A stretch of 60,210 nt of DNA, filler included, from Sphacelaria rigidula (taxonomy: Eukaryota), in the NCBI GenBank assembly GCA_964200075.2. It is 6 parts of 6 records of this genome, joined end to end, with 100 filler letters (N's around TTAATTAATTAA, not from the genome) between each part and the next. Parts side by side here need not be neighbours in the genome. Positions count along the whole stretch, not along the records: positions 1 to 9,954 come from CAXNAA020007427.1; positions 10,055 to 20,007 come from CAXNAA020007428.1; 4 more parts are not named here. One strand, given 5' to 3'. A program made the translations under genes and the position numbers. Position 1 is the first letter of the stretch. Each line of letters starts with the position of its first letter. The notes beneath the pieces are model-generated. The model did not search any database. It was given only the letters and a program-made list of their open reading frames with translations, and was not told the origin of the DNA. This document shows positions 1 through 12,017 of this stretch, piece by piece.

Positions 1-73
1 AGTGTGGGGAAAGCACTGTTTTAGGCTTGAGCATAATCTCGAAGTTAAACCTCAATTCTCACAATTTGTTGTT
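1..73 (-). repeat. Terminus of an unclassified high-copy interspersed repeat (copy 1, at contig end)
   Basis: Reverse complement AACAACAAATTGTGAGAATTGAGGTTTAACTTCGAGATTATGCTCAAGCCTAAAACAGTGCTTTCC matches 29994-30059 and 60159-60210; similarity stops at the same base in all three. Confidence 0.85.
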
Positions 74-1167
74 ATGTGTGTGGTTGTTTCTCACGATGTA
101 TGTGGTAATACTCATCCCTTTTTATTATCGTGCGATTTTCTTCTCTTTGAAAAATTGAACGTCTGTCGTATGTGGAGACCGCCGCGGCAGAAACGAAATG
201 GGGAGAGAGAGATGGAAGCGGGGGGTTTCTGATTGGCTAAAACCAAGAAAGGGGAAGAGAGAGAGAGAGAGAGAGATGAAAGTGGCCCACAAGTTTCTGA
301 TTGGCCAAAACCAATAACTTTCATTGGCCAACATTCCTTTGAATATTTGACGCCATCCGCGGCCCTTTGGAGAGGTGCATGCCAGGAATGATGGTGCGCG
401 CTTGACTCGTCAAGTTTTTGCCTCTGGCGGTGTGATGGAGTCCGCCGCCAGTTGTTCTATTGATAATGAATTATTGATCGAAGGTGATATATCTCCCTTG
501 CATTCATCCAGACCCCAGAGTGCAATTCACACCCCGAGACCACCTTCAACAAAAGGTACTGTGTCCGCCTATATGTATATGACACCCCGCTGATTGCAGT
601 ACGAGTAGTACCCCCCACTTCCTCCCCTCGAATTAAGGAATTTCTTCCACATATACAGATGCACTCACTGGGTTCGGTTGCTCGGCAAAAACCCACGCCA
701 CGCAGCCGTGGGCGGGGCTGTCATCACTAATTTTCATCTATAATATATGTTCTATCACCACACATGAGCAAATTCACTGACGTACTCCTATTGAAAGCTG
801 AATGCTCGACACACGGATCTTGCAAGTCCGCTCTGCTCGCAGGATTCAGTTTACTCGACATACTGAACAGTTTGAACTTCAGACGTAGGGCAAGGAAGTG
901 GAAGTGGAAGTACAAAACAGTCACACACACAGGAAGCAGCGGGTAGGGAATTGTCAACTCCATGTCACGAATTTCAATCCAACCTCCGCGGTCATGTATT
1001 TTTACTGTACACACTGGAGAAGAAAAATAAATAAATATCAGCGGTCCAGACAAACACGAGCAGTACACGAAAGTCACATGAGCACGCAGCAGCAGGTGCG
1101 GGAAATATCAAACGCGTGTCGCGAATTTTTACCCAGCCTCTTCCGCTATTTCACAACTTGTACATGA

Positions 1168-1203
1168 CGGCGTCCAGAATAGATGGGACGACGACACACA
1201 CAT
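1168..1203 (+). mobile_element. 3' tail fragment of tRNA-derived SINE family
   Basis: CGGCGTCCAGAATAGATGGGACGACGACACACACAT is the reverse complement of the SINE end at 7619-7652. Confidence 0.7.
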
Positions 1204-3642
1204 GAAAAAATATCCATGTTCTTGGAGTTCTGTCACCGTGGCAAGCATTACCCTGATGCTACATGACTACCATGAACGCATTGATCATCTCAGTTGCAGA
1301 GACCTCCTTCTACTATCGTCAGTCTACGACACAGATACCCGAGACAGTCAGAATGTTCACAAGCCTTCGACGATTTCGTACAAACAGGAAAATTACGGGC
1401 ACCGTTTTACTCTCCATACGGTGCTTTCATTCACCTCACCAGGTCAAGAACCAACTGTTCCCATATATGGGGAAGATTCAGCAAACCGACACCCGTTGTG
1501 ACCACATACTGTTCATACCTACAACGACAGAGGCAACATTCCTTCGTATATGTAACCAATTGTCTAATTCCCGCTTCTCATGCGATATGCCCTCTCCCCT
1601 CTCTCATTTCAGCTTTGAGCCAGATAATTGAAAACCCACCAAAATCCACAAGGACTGGACAATAAGGCCGATGAAAGACACGTTTTCTTCACCAATATTA
1701 CGACGCGCACCACTCTTTGAGATGTTTGACTGTATAACGTATGCCCTAGACGCACACGCGCGGCGGCAGGGAACAAACCCTACCCCTTGAAACGGACACA
1801 TGGGCAAAACCGCGAAGATACGTAAATGTAATGAGTGCATGAGCGACTGCAGTCATACTGAAAGCGAACGAGGAAGGTTGTCGCGTTACTCGACGACTGT
1901 AAGAGGCGCAGATGATGAAATAAATCATAACACACGCATCTACATCGGAAGGTAGAACAATCAATCACTTCACACGATGGCTAAGTACCCGACGGAAATC
2001 TATGTAGAACTCACATAACAATCAGGACTTCGAGCTTGGATATGGGCGTACGCAAAAATAATGACGCAAATTTCTCCCGAAAAACACATGGGGAATCTCG
2101 ATCCAACCTCACTCGTACTCAACTCTATCCCTCACTCCCCGCACGGACGTGCCACTCATCCGTAAACGATTCCAGTACCCTTGCTCCCTAATCCATGCTG
2201 GAACAAAGCGCGTCCCCACACGCTGCATTGGCTTGCCGGCCCTCACTTTGTCGACTCGGCCACTTGGTGCACTGCTAACAACAGCCACACACCCATGTTC
2301 TGCTGAGAAACAATGTTGCGTTGACAATACTCCCTCGAAGACTTCTTGCTGCGTACCAAGTACGATACCCCGCTGAACTCAGTAGTAGTCGTTGGTATGG
2401 CCATTCATCTCTCCGCGAAACTGTGTGCCAGCCACTTTCTCCCGTTGGAAACTCAAGTTGGACGGGCACGGTATATGTTGCGGAGCGCAGCCCTCGATCA
2501 CGCAGGCCGCGGGGGTGGCTCCCCAAGGGCCCCATGCAGTCGCCACGTTGCCGGGGGGAACTTGCTCGTAGCGTGGGAGGTGGAACGGAGCTGGAACCAC
2601 CTGGGACAACAAAGGAGACTCGACAAATCCTAGCACGCCGTCGCTTGGGAGGGCCCTGGTTTGCTGATTCGATACTATTGCAAGGTTTTGGTGTTGTGAC
2701 GGTCCTCCAAAGGCAAATCCACCTCCCAATCCCTTCAGCCGCTGAGCCGACACCGGGATGGTGCCGATATCAACCATGCTGGGAAGACTAATTTCTTGAG
2801 GCTTGACTTGCACGCGATGCTGTTGTTGGAAACAATCGAACAGAAAAGATGCAAACAGGGACAGTTGGCAGTTGGGGGGGGGGGGGGGAGATATGTATAT
2901 ATCCGTATAACGTCATGTCGAGAATTCCACATTTCAATACACGTGCACCCAGTCATGGCCCCCCGCCCCAGATGTGACGGCTTCCAAGAGGAAGCAAGGA
3001 ACAGTACCATCAAACTGATGCTAAGGCACATCGTCATCTACACCACCCTGCGTGCGATACAGGCCCGACGCTTGCTTCGTCAGGTCCAGTTGAAATGAGC
3101 CCCGGTTACACCGGATTGTAGGCACTCTGTTTCCGAGTGCTACAAAAGGTGCTGATTTTCGACTGAAGAGATCGTCAAAAGCGGTCATCAAATGTGACAC
3201 TGACTCAACCATACGACAAACGAAGTTAGGATATGAACAGGACTCCGGGCTTGACGCATCTTGGAAGGGTGACGTGAATCGGAGGACGGCCTTCTCGGAC
3301 GTTGTCGACAAGATGGTAGCGGGTCGGTTGCAATGACAACACCGACAACGGCACTGTATGGGGAAAAACGAAATTGTTGATTTTTCAACGGGTATCACTT
3401 TTCAATCACGGGAAGTGAAAAGCAAACATGAGGACGTCGTTTGTGACCTGGAAGCAATCGGAAAGAGAAATCGAAAGTAGGTGAGATGCTGTGATTGGGC
3501 GCCGCCCGCATGTGAACCGTTTGGATCGACTGCTTGGCAAGCGTTTGGGTAGGGGGGCGTACTCATTTGTTGCTTGCCTTAGTCATTTGACCATTGACCA
3601 CGCATCCCTTTCGAGACGGAGCANNNNNNNNNNGTGCTCGGG

Positions 3643-3675
<33 letters not shown>

Positions 3676-6600
3676 GTTGCTTTTCCTATTCCGTTTTCGC
3701 CGTCCATCAGCCTCTTGGTGGAAAACCCGGGGTCTGCAGGCTGAAAGTGTGATACCCTAGTGCCTGCCTGGATTGTTTGGGGTGAAATTGACGCCAGCAT
3801 ACTCTTCCGGGCACTCTTTTTCGGCAGGTAGAAAGTCATCCTGGGTAAATACGCATCAATGACATTTGCACCACGGAAACACGAAATCGGATCGATTTCA
3901 ATTTTCGATTCCAAATCTGCTTGAAATTTGGGCGAAGCATTCCCAACAGGCCCTTCTCCAGGGTACTCCACGAAAACCGTGTGGCAAGCGCATAATCCCT
4001 ACCCTCTCAAGACTTCGTGTGCATCTGATGCAGATGTCATCGCTGCCGTGGACAGTCCTAATAACTCGGAATGTTGGTATAGTAGTCTACTGCGGCGCAC
4101 CCTACTTCCAAGATCATCACTAGACGATCGCCCACGTGCAGAGTATGGGCTTGGCCGCGGGTAGCCCATCACATATTTGCACTGTCTTGCACGCCTCCTG
4201 TCAGCATTTCATACAAGGATTCCCCGCTCCCCGTCTTCGAGCGAAGTATGTTCGTGCCATGGTCGACATCACTGTATGCACACATCAGGCAGCTCTTGAA
4301 GAGCTGGTGTCGTTGTCTGAAGTAGGAAATGATCAAGCTGGAACCACCATGAATGCGATTCACATGGAATAGTACACACTAACGCCGTGTGCTGGCCCTT
4401 GGACAGCGACCCCACCGCAGGTGGACTGGGGAATTATGCCACATTTGGGGTTCAGAACAGCCGCTTTCTTGCTACACAAGATGCATTTTTCCATGACCAT
4501 GTGAATACTGCACCTCTATATTGAAACCAGTTCCGGAGAACCCCTGACAGGTTTTGATAATGCAGTCAATAGCGTGCAGGGGCAGTATGTGTGCGGTATG
4601 TCTTTGCTGGATACACCGGCAAGAAACAGTCAGCGTGCCATCGTTCTCCACTCAACACAATTTACTGCATGCTGTCGATGCATCTGCTTAGTGTTCAATA
4701 ACACTACTCGTATAGACAGAGTGAAGCAAGCTATGCTGGCAACACATGAGGCGTCAGAAAGGCGGCACAGACCTCGAGTAGAGTAAGAAGTAAGTTATTT
4801 GTACCCGTGTGATTTCAGGTTCGGATTGCCGTGACGAAAACGAGGTATATCGGTAGACAGCGAAGTAGTCCACCAGTAGTCCATCTGTAGGGGAACTATA
4901 TGCTCATTTTGACGACCGTGATTGGTCGGAATAGTCATTCCGCGCCTCTTGGGGCCTCGTTCCTGGCTTCGAATCTTCCGCGGGAAAATTCCACACACAC
5001 AAGGTTGGCTCGGTGAGCTTTTCGACTGCTCTGCAGACAGACACTCCCCCCTCCTCAAAAACACCCCCCCCCCCCCCCCGGCCACTGGAAACCACCGAAT
5101 GTCCAGCGGACTGTCAGCCTGTGAAACTGTCCCGAGGCGACGTTCATTGTCCAAGGGTTGAGCACAATACTCTTCGATCGAAACGATGCGGCGGAAAGGG
5201 AAAATTCAGATCTGGCAGGTCAGGACAGGCCGCCACTCATGTCAATAGCATTTATGTTGGAAATGACGAACCCATCAGATTGGAATCTTTCTTTTTTCCA
5301 CCACACGATTTAGATAAAAAAAGAATGTGCGAAGACACACGCCCTGAAAGCGTAAATACGATAGCAAACCACGCTGTATACCTAGTAAATGCCGACAGTA
5401 CGGCAGCGGCCCACCACTTGCGTCGGAGTAACTTCGAAACTTGGGGTGGGTATACAAGAGGGGCCCAGAAATAGCCCGCATACTCTCACCGTAACCAAAA
5501 CTCCGTATGTACCGGCCATAGCTACTTACTCCGTGGGGGTTCACAGGACGTCTGTCATGTCTCCTGGATAGGAGTTGAACGGACGCTGCTGGAAACGAAC
5601 ACAGCAATGTGGTGTGAACGGAGCCTCGCTCTATCCGAGCTCGAAGGATGACAAAAAGCCGGGTGGGGTGGGCAATAACAACAGTGCGAAACGGACCGAC
5701 TCTTGCTGGAGTGGTGAGCGCGTGTAGGATGTACAGAGGAGGCGACCAAGAGTTCTGGTCGCATATCTATGGTTGATTCTTTGGAACAACCCAACAATAA
5801 CCCTATAACCCCCGACCCAAGGCGTACGAGACCCTGGGACAAGGTGGGTACATACATTCCCCTCGACAAAAACACGTTATGGACGAGCAGGGTCCACTGT
5901 CCACCTGCCCCAAACCATGAATTTTCTCAGAACTTTCTCGATTCTAAAATCAAGTAGTCATGTTGTGAACCATAGATATACTGTACGACCAAAGCTTTAG
6001 GTCTACTGGTACACAGGGGTACGAACCGAAAGCTTGTGATTTTTCGGGACAACAAATTTGCCCTGGGACACGACGCGCAGTCGATTTCCCGTTGAGCGGA
6101 GTACGAAACCATAGGTTGTAGCTCATCATCTCCATCATCAAGAGGTATTCAAGGGCGAGCCCAATTTCATATTCCTTCACAGCGGGAAGAGTGTAGTACG
6201 AGCGGTCGCCGTCGACAATGCGTTCGAGCGGACAATTTACCGGCGCCCGAGTCCGGCATTTCTTCCTGTGGTGCACCTTTACAAGCCCCTGTATGTTCTT
6301 GGATGCGTACAAATTTCACGAGTTTTGGGGCTGGAAGATGCACACTAGTCCCTATTTTGTCATAGCAAAGTAGTTCCCTTTCCAGGCTACCCTCGTGGTG
6401 ACGATGACCGTTGTGGGGTACATCCGTACCGATTCTAGTCCAGAAGGGCCATAACCTACAGGCACCACACTTCAACCGAACCATTCGCGCCCGCAGAATC
6501 AAAACTCTCCCCGCTTGTTTGTGCCGTTCACAAGCACAACGACCAACCCAGCCGTTCCTTTCCGAAACGTTACACGAGTATTTTCCGACTCTCCAAGCGC

Positions 6601-7399
6601 CCGCCCCGACAACCTTCTGCATCAAACATATCGACAACTTACTCCCGATACCCATACTGACGGTCGAAGGGTTGATGGAACACGGAAAGTATGAAAAGGA
6701 GTTGCGCGAGTTCATCAAAAATTTATAGTTGACGCATTCAGATTATTAAAACCCCACATAACCCTAATCCTAGCCATAACCACAACCCAAAGCACACCGT
6801 TACCACGTGGATGCGAGAGGTGCACTCAAGATAGGTCGAGTGTGCACTTACAGAGCTCAAGTTGGCCCTGCACGCGCCAATTCTCTTCAAAAATGCGTGT
6901 GCGTGCTCGGGACTGTCACACTTCTCGAAGATCCGCATCTGATGGCCTCAGGCTTCGATCAAACACTACTGTGCGCGTGATTCAGAGTGTATTCACGATC
7001 TTGCACGCCGTAGTCATTGAAGACCATTGACCTCGCATCCCTGCAGAGCCGGGACGGAGCACGCCGGGTTTTCGTCGAACCAGGCTCGAGTTTCATGGGG
7101 GGGAATTCGACGAACGTGAGCCAACTCTGCTGGAAACCTGGCATCGGCATTTTTTGTGTCGTATGTTCCCTTTCCCCTTTTTTCAATATTTTGCTGTGTT
7201 GCCGCCTCACACCTGCAGAGCTCATGCGTAACGGTTCGGCCCAAATAGCGTGATTCCTCAAAAGATTCCACGATATATGTATATTGTTTTCCCACGGCTG
7301 TATTAGGGGGCCGGCGTTTCTTCTTCATTATTAATTTTGACTGCACTACGTTCTACTTTCGATCATCACCATCGAGACCGGCAATTCGTGCCTTCTTCC

Positions 7400-7622
7400 T
7401 TGTCCCTGATCCATTCCATTCACTTCCTTCCTTCCCCCTCTCCTCTCTTCTTGTGTTTTTTCTTGTTTTTCTCTACATCTCTCTTTTTTGTTTGGTCAAC
7501 TCTGCCTCTTCAATATCTCCTCTGTGTTCAGCTTTTCTCTACTTCCCTACAGCTAGTATTTCCGTTCCGCTTACCCTGGGTACAACTATGCCGCAACCAC
7601 GGCTAGATACATCAGTTCATGT
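7400..7622 (+). mobile_element. Probable LINE 3' UTR remnant
   Basis: Pyrimidine-rich tract ending in ACCACGGCTAGAT..ATCAGTTCATGTG, similar to the GACCACGG(G)CTGG..ATCAG 3' motif of the LINEs at 12018-14228 and 44778-45845. Confidence 0.4.
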
Positions 7623-7970
7623 GTTGTCGTCCCATCTATTCTGGACGCCGGTCTACACTTTTCGGCATATGTAGGCGCATCGGCCAGGGTCACACAGGAG
7701 GAAGGTCAACACAGGATTTTTTTCGTCTTGTATGTTTTAGTACTCCACCTTCCTTCTGCGGTGCTTGCCTTTTTTTCTTTTATCGCGAGACGGTTCTGCA
7801 GTCCCTTTCCCTCGTCGATCGTGAAGCCGAATTTTGTGTACCCACGACATGATGGTAGCTCTCCACTGTTGACATGAGACATAATCCCAGGTCGCTCCGA
7901 GATTCGAACCCACGACCCAACTGTCAGAAGTTTTAGAGGTTACCAACAACTGAGCCACCGGGGCGACCGG
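7619..7970 (-). mobile_element. tRNA-derived SINE, full length (~350 nt)
   Basis: Minus strand starts CCGGTCGCCCCGGTGGCTCAGTTG (Pol III A box) followed by GGGTTCGAATCTC (B box); colinear with the copy at 14235-14582. Confidence 0.85.
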
Positions 7971-8760
7971 TCAACGTACACCACGATCATAATGGTCAGG
8001 CACAAGGGGGCTGGCTTGCGGCTTTCCTCCTAGAAGCCATATCCCCCCGCCCCCCGCCCCCCGCCCCCCGCCGATTTTTTCACAAACACGAACTTTAACG
8101 CAACCAGAAGCACGGAATGCCAACGGCTGTTCCCAGGCCTGGTACACATTACCCAAATATTCCCACTCTTTTCAAGGCAAATACGGATTTCTCACAGTCC
8201 ACGCAGCGCCCAGGCATGCTGTATCATATTTCCGGCCAGGATACGGAGCTTTCAAAAGTGACTTCCAAGCGAAATACGGATATTTCACGGACCAAGAAGT
8301 ACTCAGGCACCATCCAGTCTCCTTTTTTTTCCCCTTGGGTAATAAGGCAGAACAACTGCGATATGGTGGGAGAATATTACAATAAAATTTTCGAAGTGAG
8401 CCCCCCCTCCTCCTCTACCCTCCCCTCCCCATGTTACGCCGACTTGGAGTTTTTTCCGGGGGTATCGCTGGCTCCTGAGAAGTAGATACGTGCCTACTCG
8501 TCCACCATCGAGAGCCTCGTCATGATTGAGCTGCCAACTGCAAGAACGGATGGTCATCTTCCAAGCCTGTTCAAAGTTGGAGAGTATTCACCACGATGAC
8601 AACATTTCCCCTCTCAAACACTAAAATTTGTCTCTCCAGCCTTTCACCGCAAGGGAGGACCGTTTGCGTCTCACCTAGATTACTCAAGTGAGAAGTGATG
8701 CCTTCCCAAAACATAAGTCATCCTCGAGGTAAAAAAAATGGGGGGTTGGCAGGACCAACA

Positions 8761-9044
8761 TCGACATGACACTTTCCACGATAAACCGCCCCTCCTCCCC
8801 CCCCCCCAAAAAGTGGCTGGTACACGGAGGCAAAATCTCCACGTAAATCCACTCGAAAAAAGCCGAGCACAACGCGAGCATCTGGGTCCCACGCATGGGT
8901 TCGTTTTCGCCAATGTCGCCCATATGAGGTGCTCCATGCAGCCTAAAACCAAACATCACGAGCTGTGTAGCCATTTTTTTCGTGACAGTTGGGCTGGTTT
9001 TGGGGAGGGGGGGGAGGGGGCTATCGTAGAAAGTGTCATATCGA
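8761..9044. mobile_element. MITE with ~45-bp terminal inverted repeats
   Basis: TCGACATGACACTTTCCACGATA plus C-run at the left; G-run plus TATCGTAGAAAGTGTCATATCGA at the right. Confidence 0.7.
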
Positions 9045-9954
9045 AATCGATTTCTGACTTCGATGTTCGACATTGGGTCCGCGGAGGACCGTGACATGCG
9101 TTGACCGAATCCTTGAAACCAACGGGCCTGATCCTGCACAGAACAAGGAGGAACTAAACTCGTAGGACAATATCTGCTTCATTTTTCTCCGTTGTCCTTC
9201 TGATGCCGCATTTCGATGATTGAAACGATCTGGGATTCAGTGCACACAATTCTGAACTCTGATAGTCCCGCGAATGTTTGGAGGTCGGTTTTCGTAGACG
9301 TAGCTCAACCCTAAAAAGAAATAGAGCGCGGGGCAGTATTGGTACATTTCTTTATCTTTTTCACAAATAGGCACGCAGCAGCGTTTTGCTACGGTTGAGC
9401 GAGGCGTGTGTACCTTCATCGCCGTCCGTTAGATCATAGAGCCATATTCTGTCAGGATCAATAGCACTGGTACAATGAATACACCCGGCACAACTGTGCT
9501 ACCCACCAAAGAGGTTGGGTGGTGATGGCGACAGGCTCACCTCCGCGGTGTTACGCGTGTTTCTCGTGTGTGTCAACTCATACTCATCCTGCTCAGTTGG
9601 CCGTCGGAAATCGGGAATTGGGAGATATTTCCGGCGAATCGCAGGCAAAAGCACGGAAACACCACTCAACCATACCAGCACAAGCCGCGCTCACAGCACT
9701 CCCCCGCCCCCGGGGGGATGAAATATGAGGAGGTTGTCATGTAATTATGGAAGAACGGTCATGAGCGCCCAAATGTTGAAAGTTCATATATTATCATTGG
9801 AGTAGGGACGGTGCTCGGTCTTGAAAGAGATGCGTGGCCAATGGCCAAATGACTTAGGCAAGCAACAGATGAGTACCCCCCCCCCCCCCCCCCCCAACCA
9901 AAAAACAACACAACACATCCACCAGCTATCCCGCCACCGCTCTTTGTGCCACCG

Positions 9955-10054
9955 NNNNNNNNNNNNNNNNNNNNNNNNNNNNNNNNNNNNNNNNNNNNTT
10001 AATTAATTAANNNNNNNNNNNNNNNNNNNNNNNNNNNNNNNNNNNNNNNNNNNN
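9955..10054. other. Artificial contig linker (N44-TTAATTAATTAA-N44)
   Basis: Identical 100-nt cassette recurs five times; its core has stop codons in all six frames; flanking contigs are 9954, 9953, 9952, 9951, 9951 and 9949 nt (length-sorted). Confidence 0.97.
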
Positions 10055-12017
10055 ACTCACTTCAAGCGAATGATCAAAGCCACTCTCAATCGTATCATCT
10101 ACTCTCAATCTCACGAACATACTGTTTGTAGTGACACCCTGAGCCGTAGTGTAGAGTCAAAAGTACCGTGGGTTGGCGGTGTCAATATGCTTCGACGGTG
10201 AGTGCGTCGGGAGCGGTGATTGAGCTGCTGGGGTCGAGCACGGTGGTCGTTGTTTTCGGACATGTGCAATTCCGAAGCGACGAGCAGAAACACTCCAGTC
10301 GTGACCTACTAGCCTACTTTCCTGATACAAGTGTACTCTACCGCACCGCATGCACTGTCTATGGTTGGTGCTTTGGTGAGTGTATCTGCGCGTACAAATG
10401 ACGAAAAGCAAGCATGCTACGATCTTTGCACGGAGCTTTTTACAGTCGGTATTCCAATTTGTGCGTGCTGATGCTGCATTCCGCGAGGACCGGTGGATCA
10501 TGACCTCACCTTCATGATCGCCTCCCCGTTTCACGGAGAGGTTGAGAGAAAGAGTTTCACCGCAATTTCGAGCACATTACACGGCGAGGCAGCATCCTCT
10601 CGTCCTTCATACTCGGACGAGGGCAAGCGAACGACGACATCAGCACTATGTTCGCGATGAGATACCTACCAGCAGCAGCAGAACTCGAAAGTACTGGGCC
10701 GATCTTCTAAGTTTGAGAACTTCTCTGGGTTACATTTCTTCGATCAACAATAAGCTTTATCAGGCTTGTACCGACTGGTCGGAGGCTTTGCCGAGACCTC
10801 AAAGAGAAGAAATGCTGGGCGTAAGAACCGCGCCCTTTATTTTGGAGCAATGTCTAGTCGGTGGTACGTACCAAATTATCACGTACAACCACCGAGAGGT
10901 CATACTCTAAGTGGGTACCGGGAGGAGAACACCAAACCACTACTCCCCTCCGACGCTCCCGGATTGTCAGCACGCTCATCACGGAATATTGTTCTGTCTG
11001 TCAGGGGACAATGCCCCCGTGCTAGGTACGCCGATAGAGGTCATTGGCTGACCGCACTGTCCGCGTGGGAGGAGAATAACCCGGACCAGTCGGGCGATTT
11101 GGAGTGAGAACATCCGGCCTTCAGCCCTCAAAGACATGACGGGGACTGAAAAAAGCTCCTTAGCCGTGTTTTTCGAGGGTTCACCCAAGGGTCTGTCGGG
11201 AGAAACATTCTGGACACCTAAATCAAATGCAATCAACCAAAATATTACCAAAATAGAAATAAGCAGAGTGACGCGAAGAAAGCGTGTGAGAAGTAGATCC
11301 ACCGAGTTGAACGAGATGAAGAGGAAGAAGCAAACGAACAAACTTCATATCTGCTAAAAAGCACACCGAAAAGAGAAGGGAAGCAAAGGAAGGATGAGAT
11401 ATGACAGATGACACAAGCAGATAAGCATAACCACCAAGCGAGTGGGAACTTGAAACAGCCACCCTCATCGACAACTACCACTGCTGTTCGGAAAGGTGGC
11501 AGGTGTCCTAGCGAGTGTACTACCCGATGGCCTATTTGTTACTTTCCGGACGTCCTCGGTTGGCCCTAGTGGAGCTCCAGTGGTAGCACAGCAAACAATA
11601 TCTTAGCATGCCGTGCGTTGGTCCAGGCTGTCATGCTCATGTTAGCCCCCTCATCTACACCTCGGGACCATTTTTTCACATCTTGGGGAACCTACGTCCA
11701 CGGTGTCGCGTTTATTCCGAAGTACGAAGAGTAGTCCGTGATACAGTATTGTACTTATGCGCCTTGCTGGTCGGCCTGCCCTCGTCTTCCCTCCAACCAC
11801 CACTCCACGCATGGCGATGTTGGGGAAGCATTCAGCTTGCATGCGCACAATGCGGCCGGCGTGTAGGAGGGTTCCTTTGATCACGGTGGCTCCAATGCAC
11901 TCGCAGCTAGTTCTTTCGAGGACTTCGTGGTATCGCAGTATGAAATAATCATGGGCGCTGCGGCTATAGGTATGCTTATCGAGGCACCTCAGCAGGAATG
12001 CTCGATGGGCCTCCCGT

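Noticed and set aside
225-330. Two TTTCTGATTGGC.AAAACCAA direct repeats (CCAAT boxes) around (GA)n as a promoter
   Set aside because: No supported downstream gene; could equally be part of a repeat.
2325-2440. Kinase-like snippet YSLEDFLL..VVGMAIHLSAKLCASH
   Set aside because: No HRD/DFG or other kinase motifs nearby; too short to support.
9955-10054. TTAATTAATTAA palindrome recurring every ~10 kb
   Set aside because: Embedded in fixed N runs; an artificial linker, so no synteny can be inferred across it.
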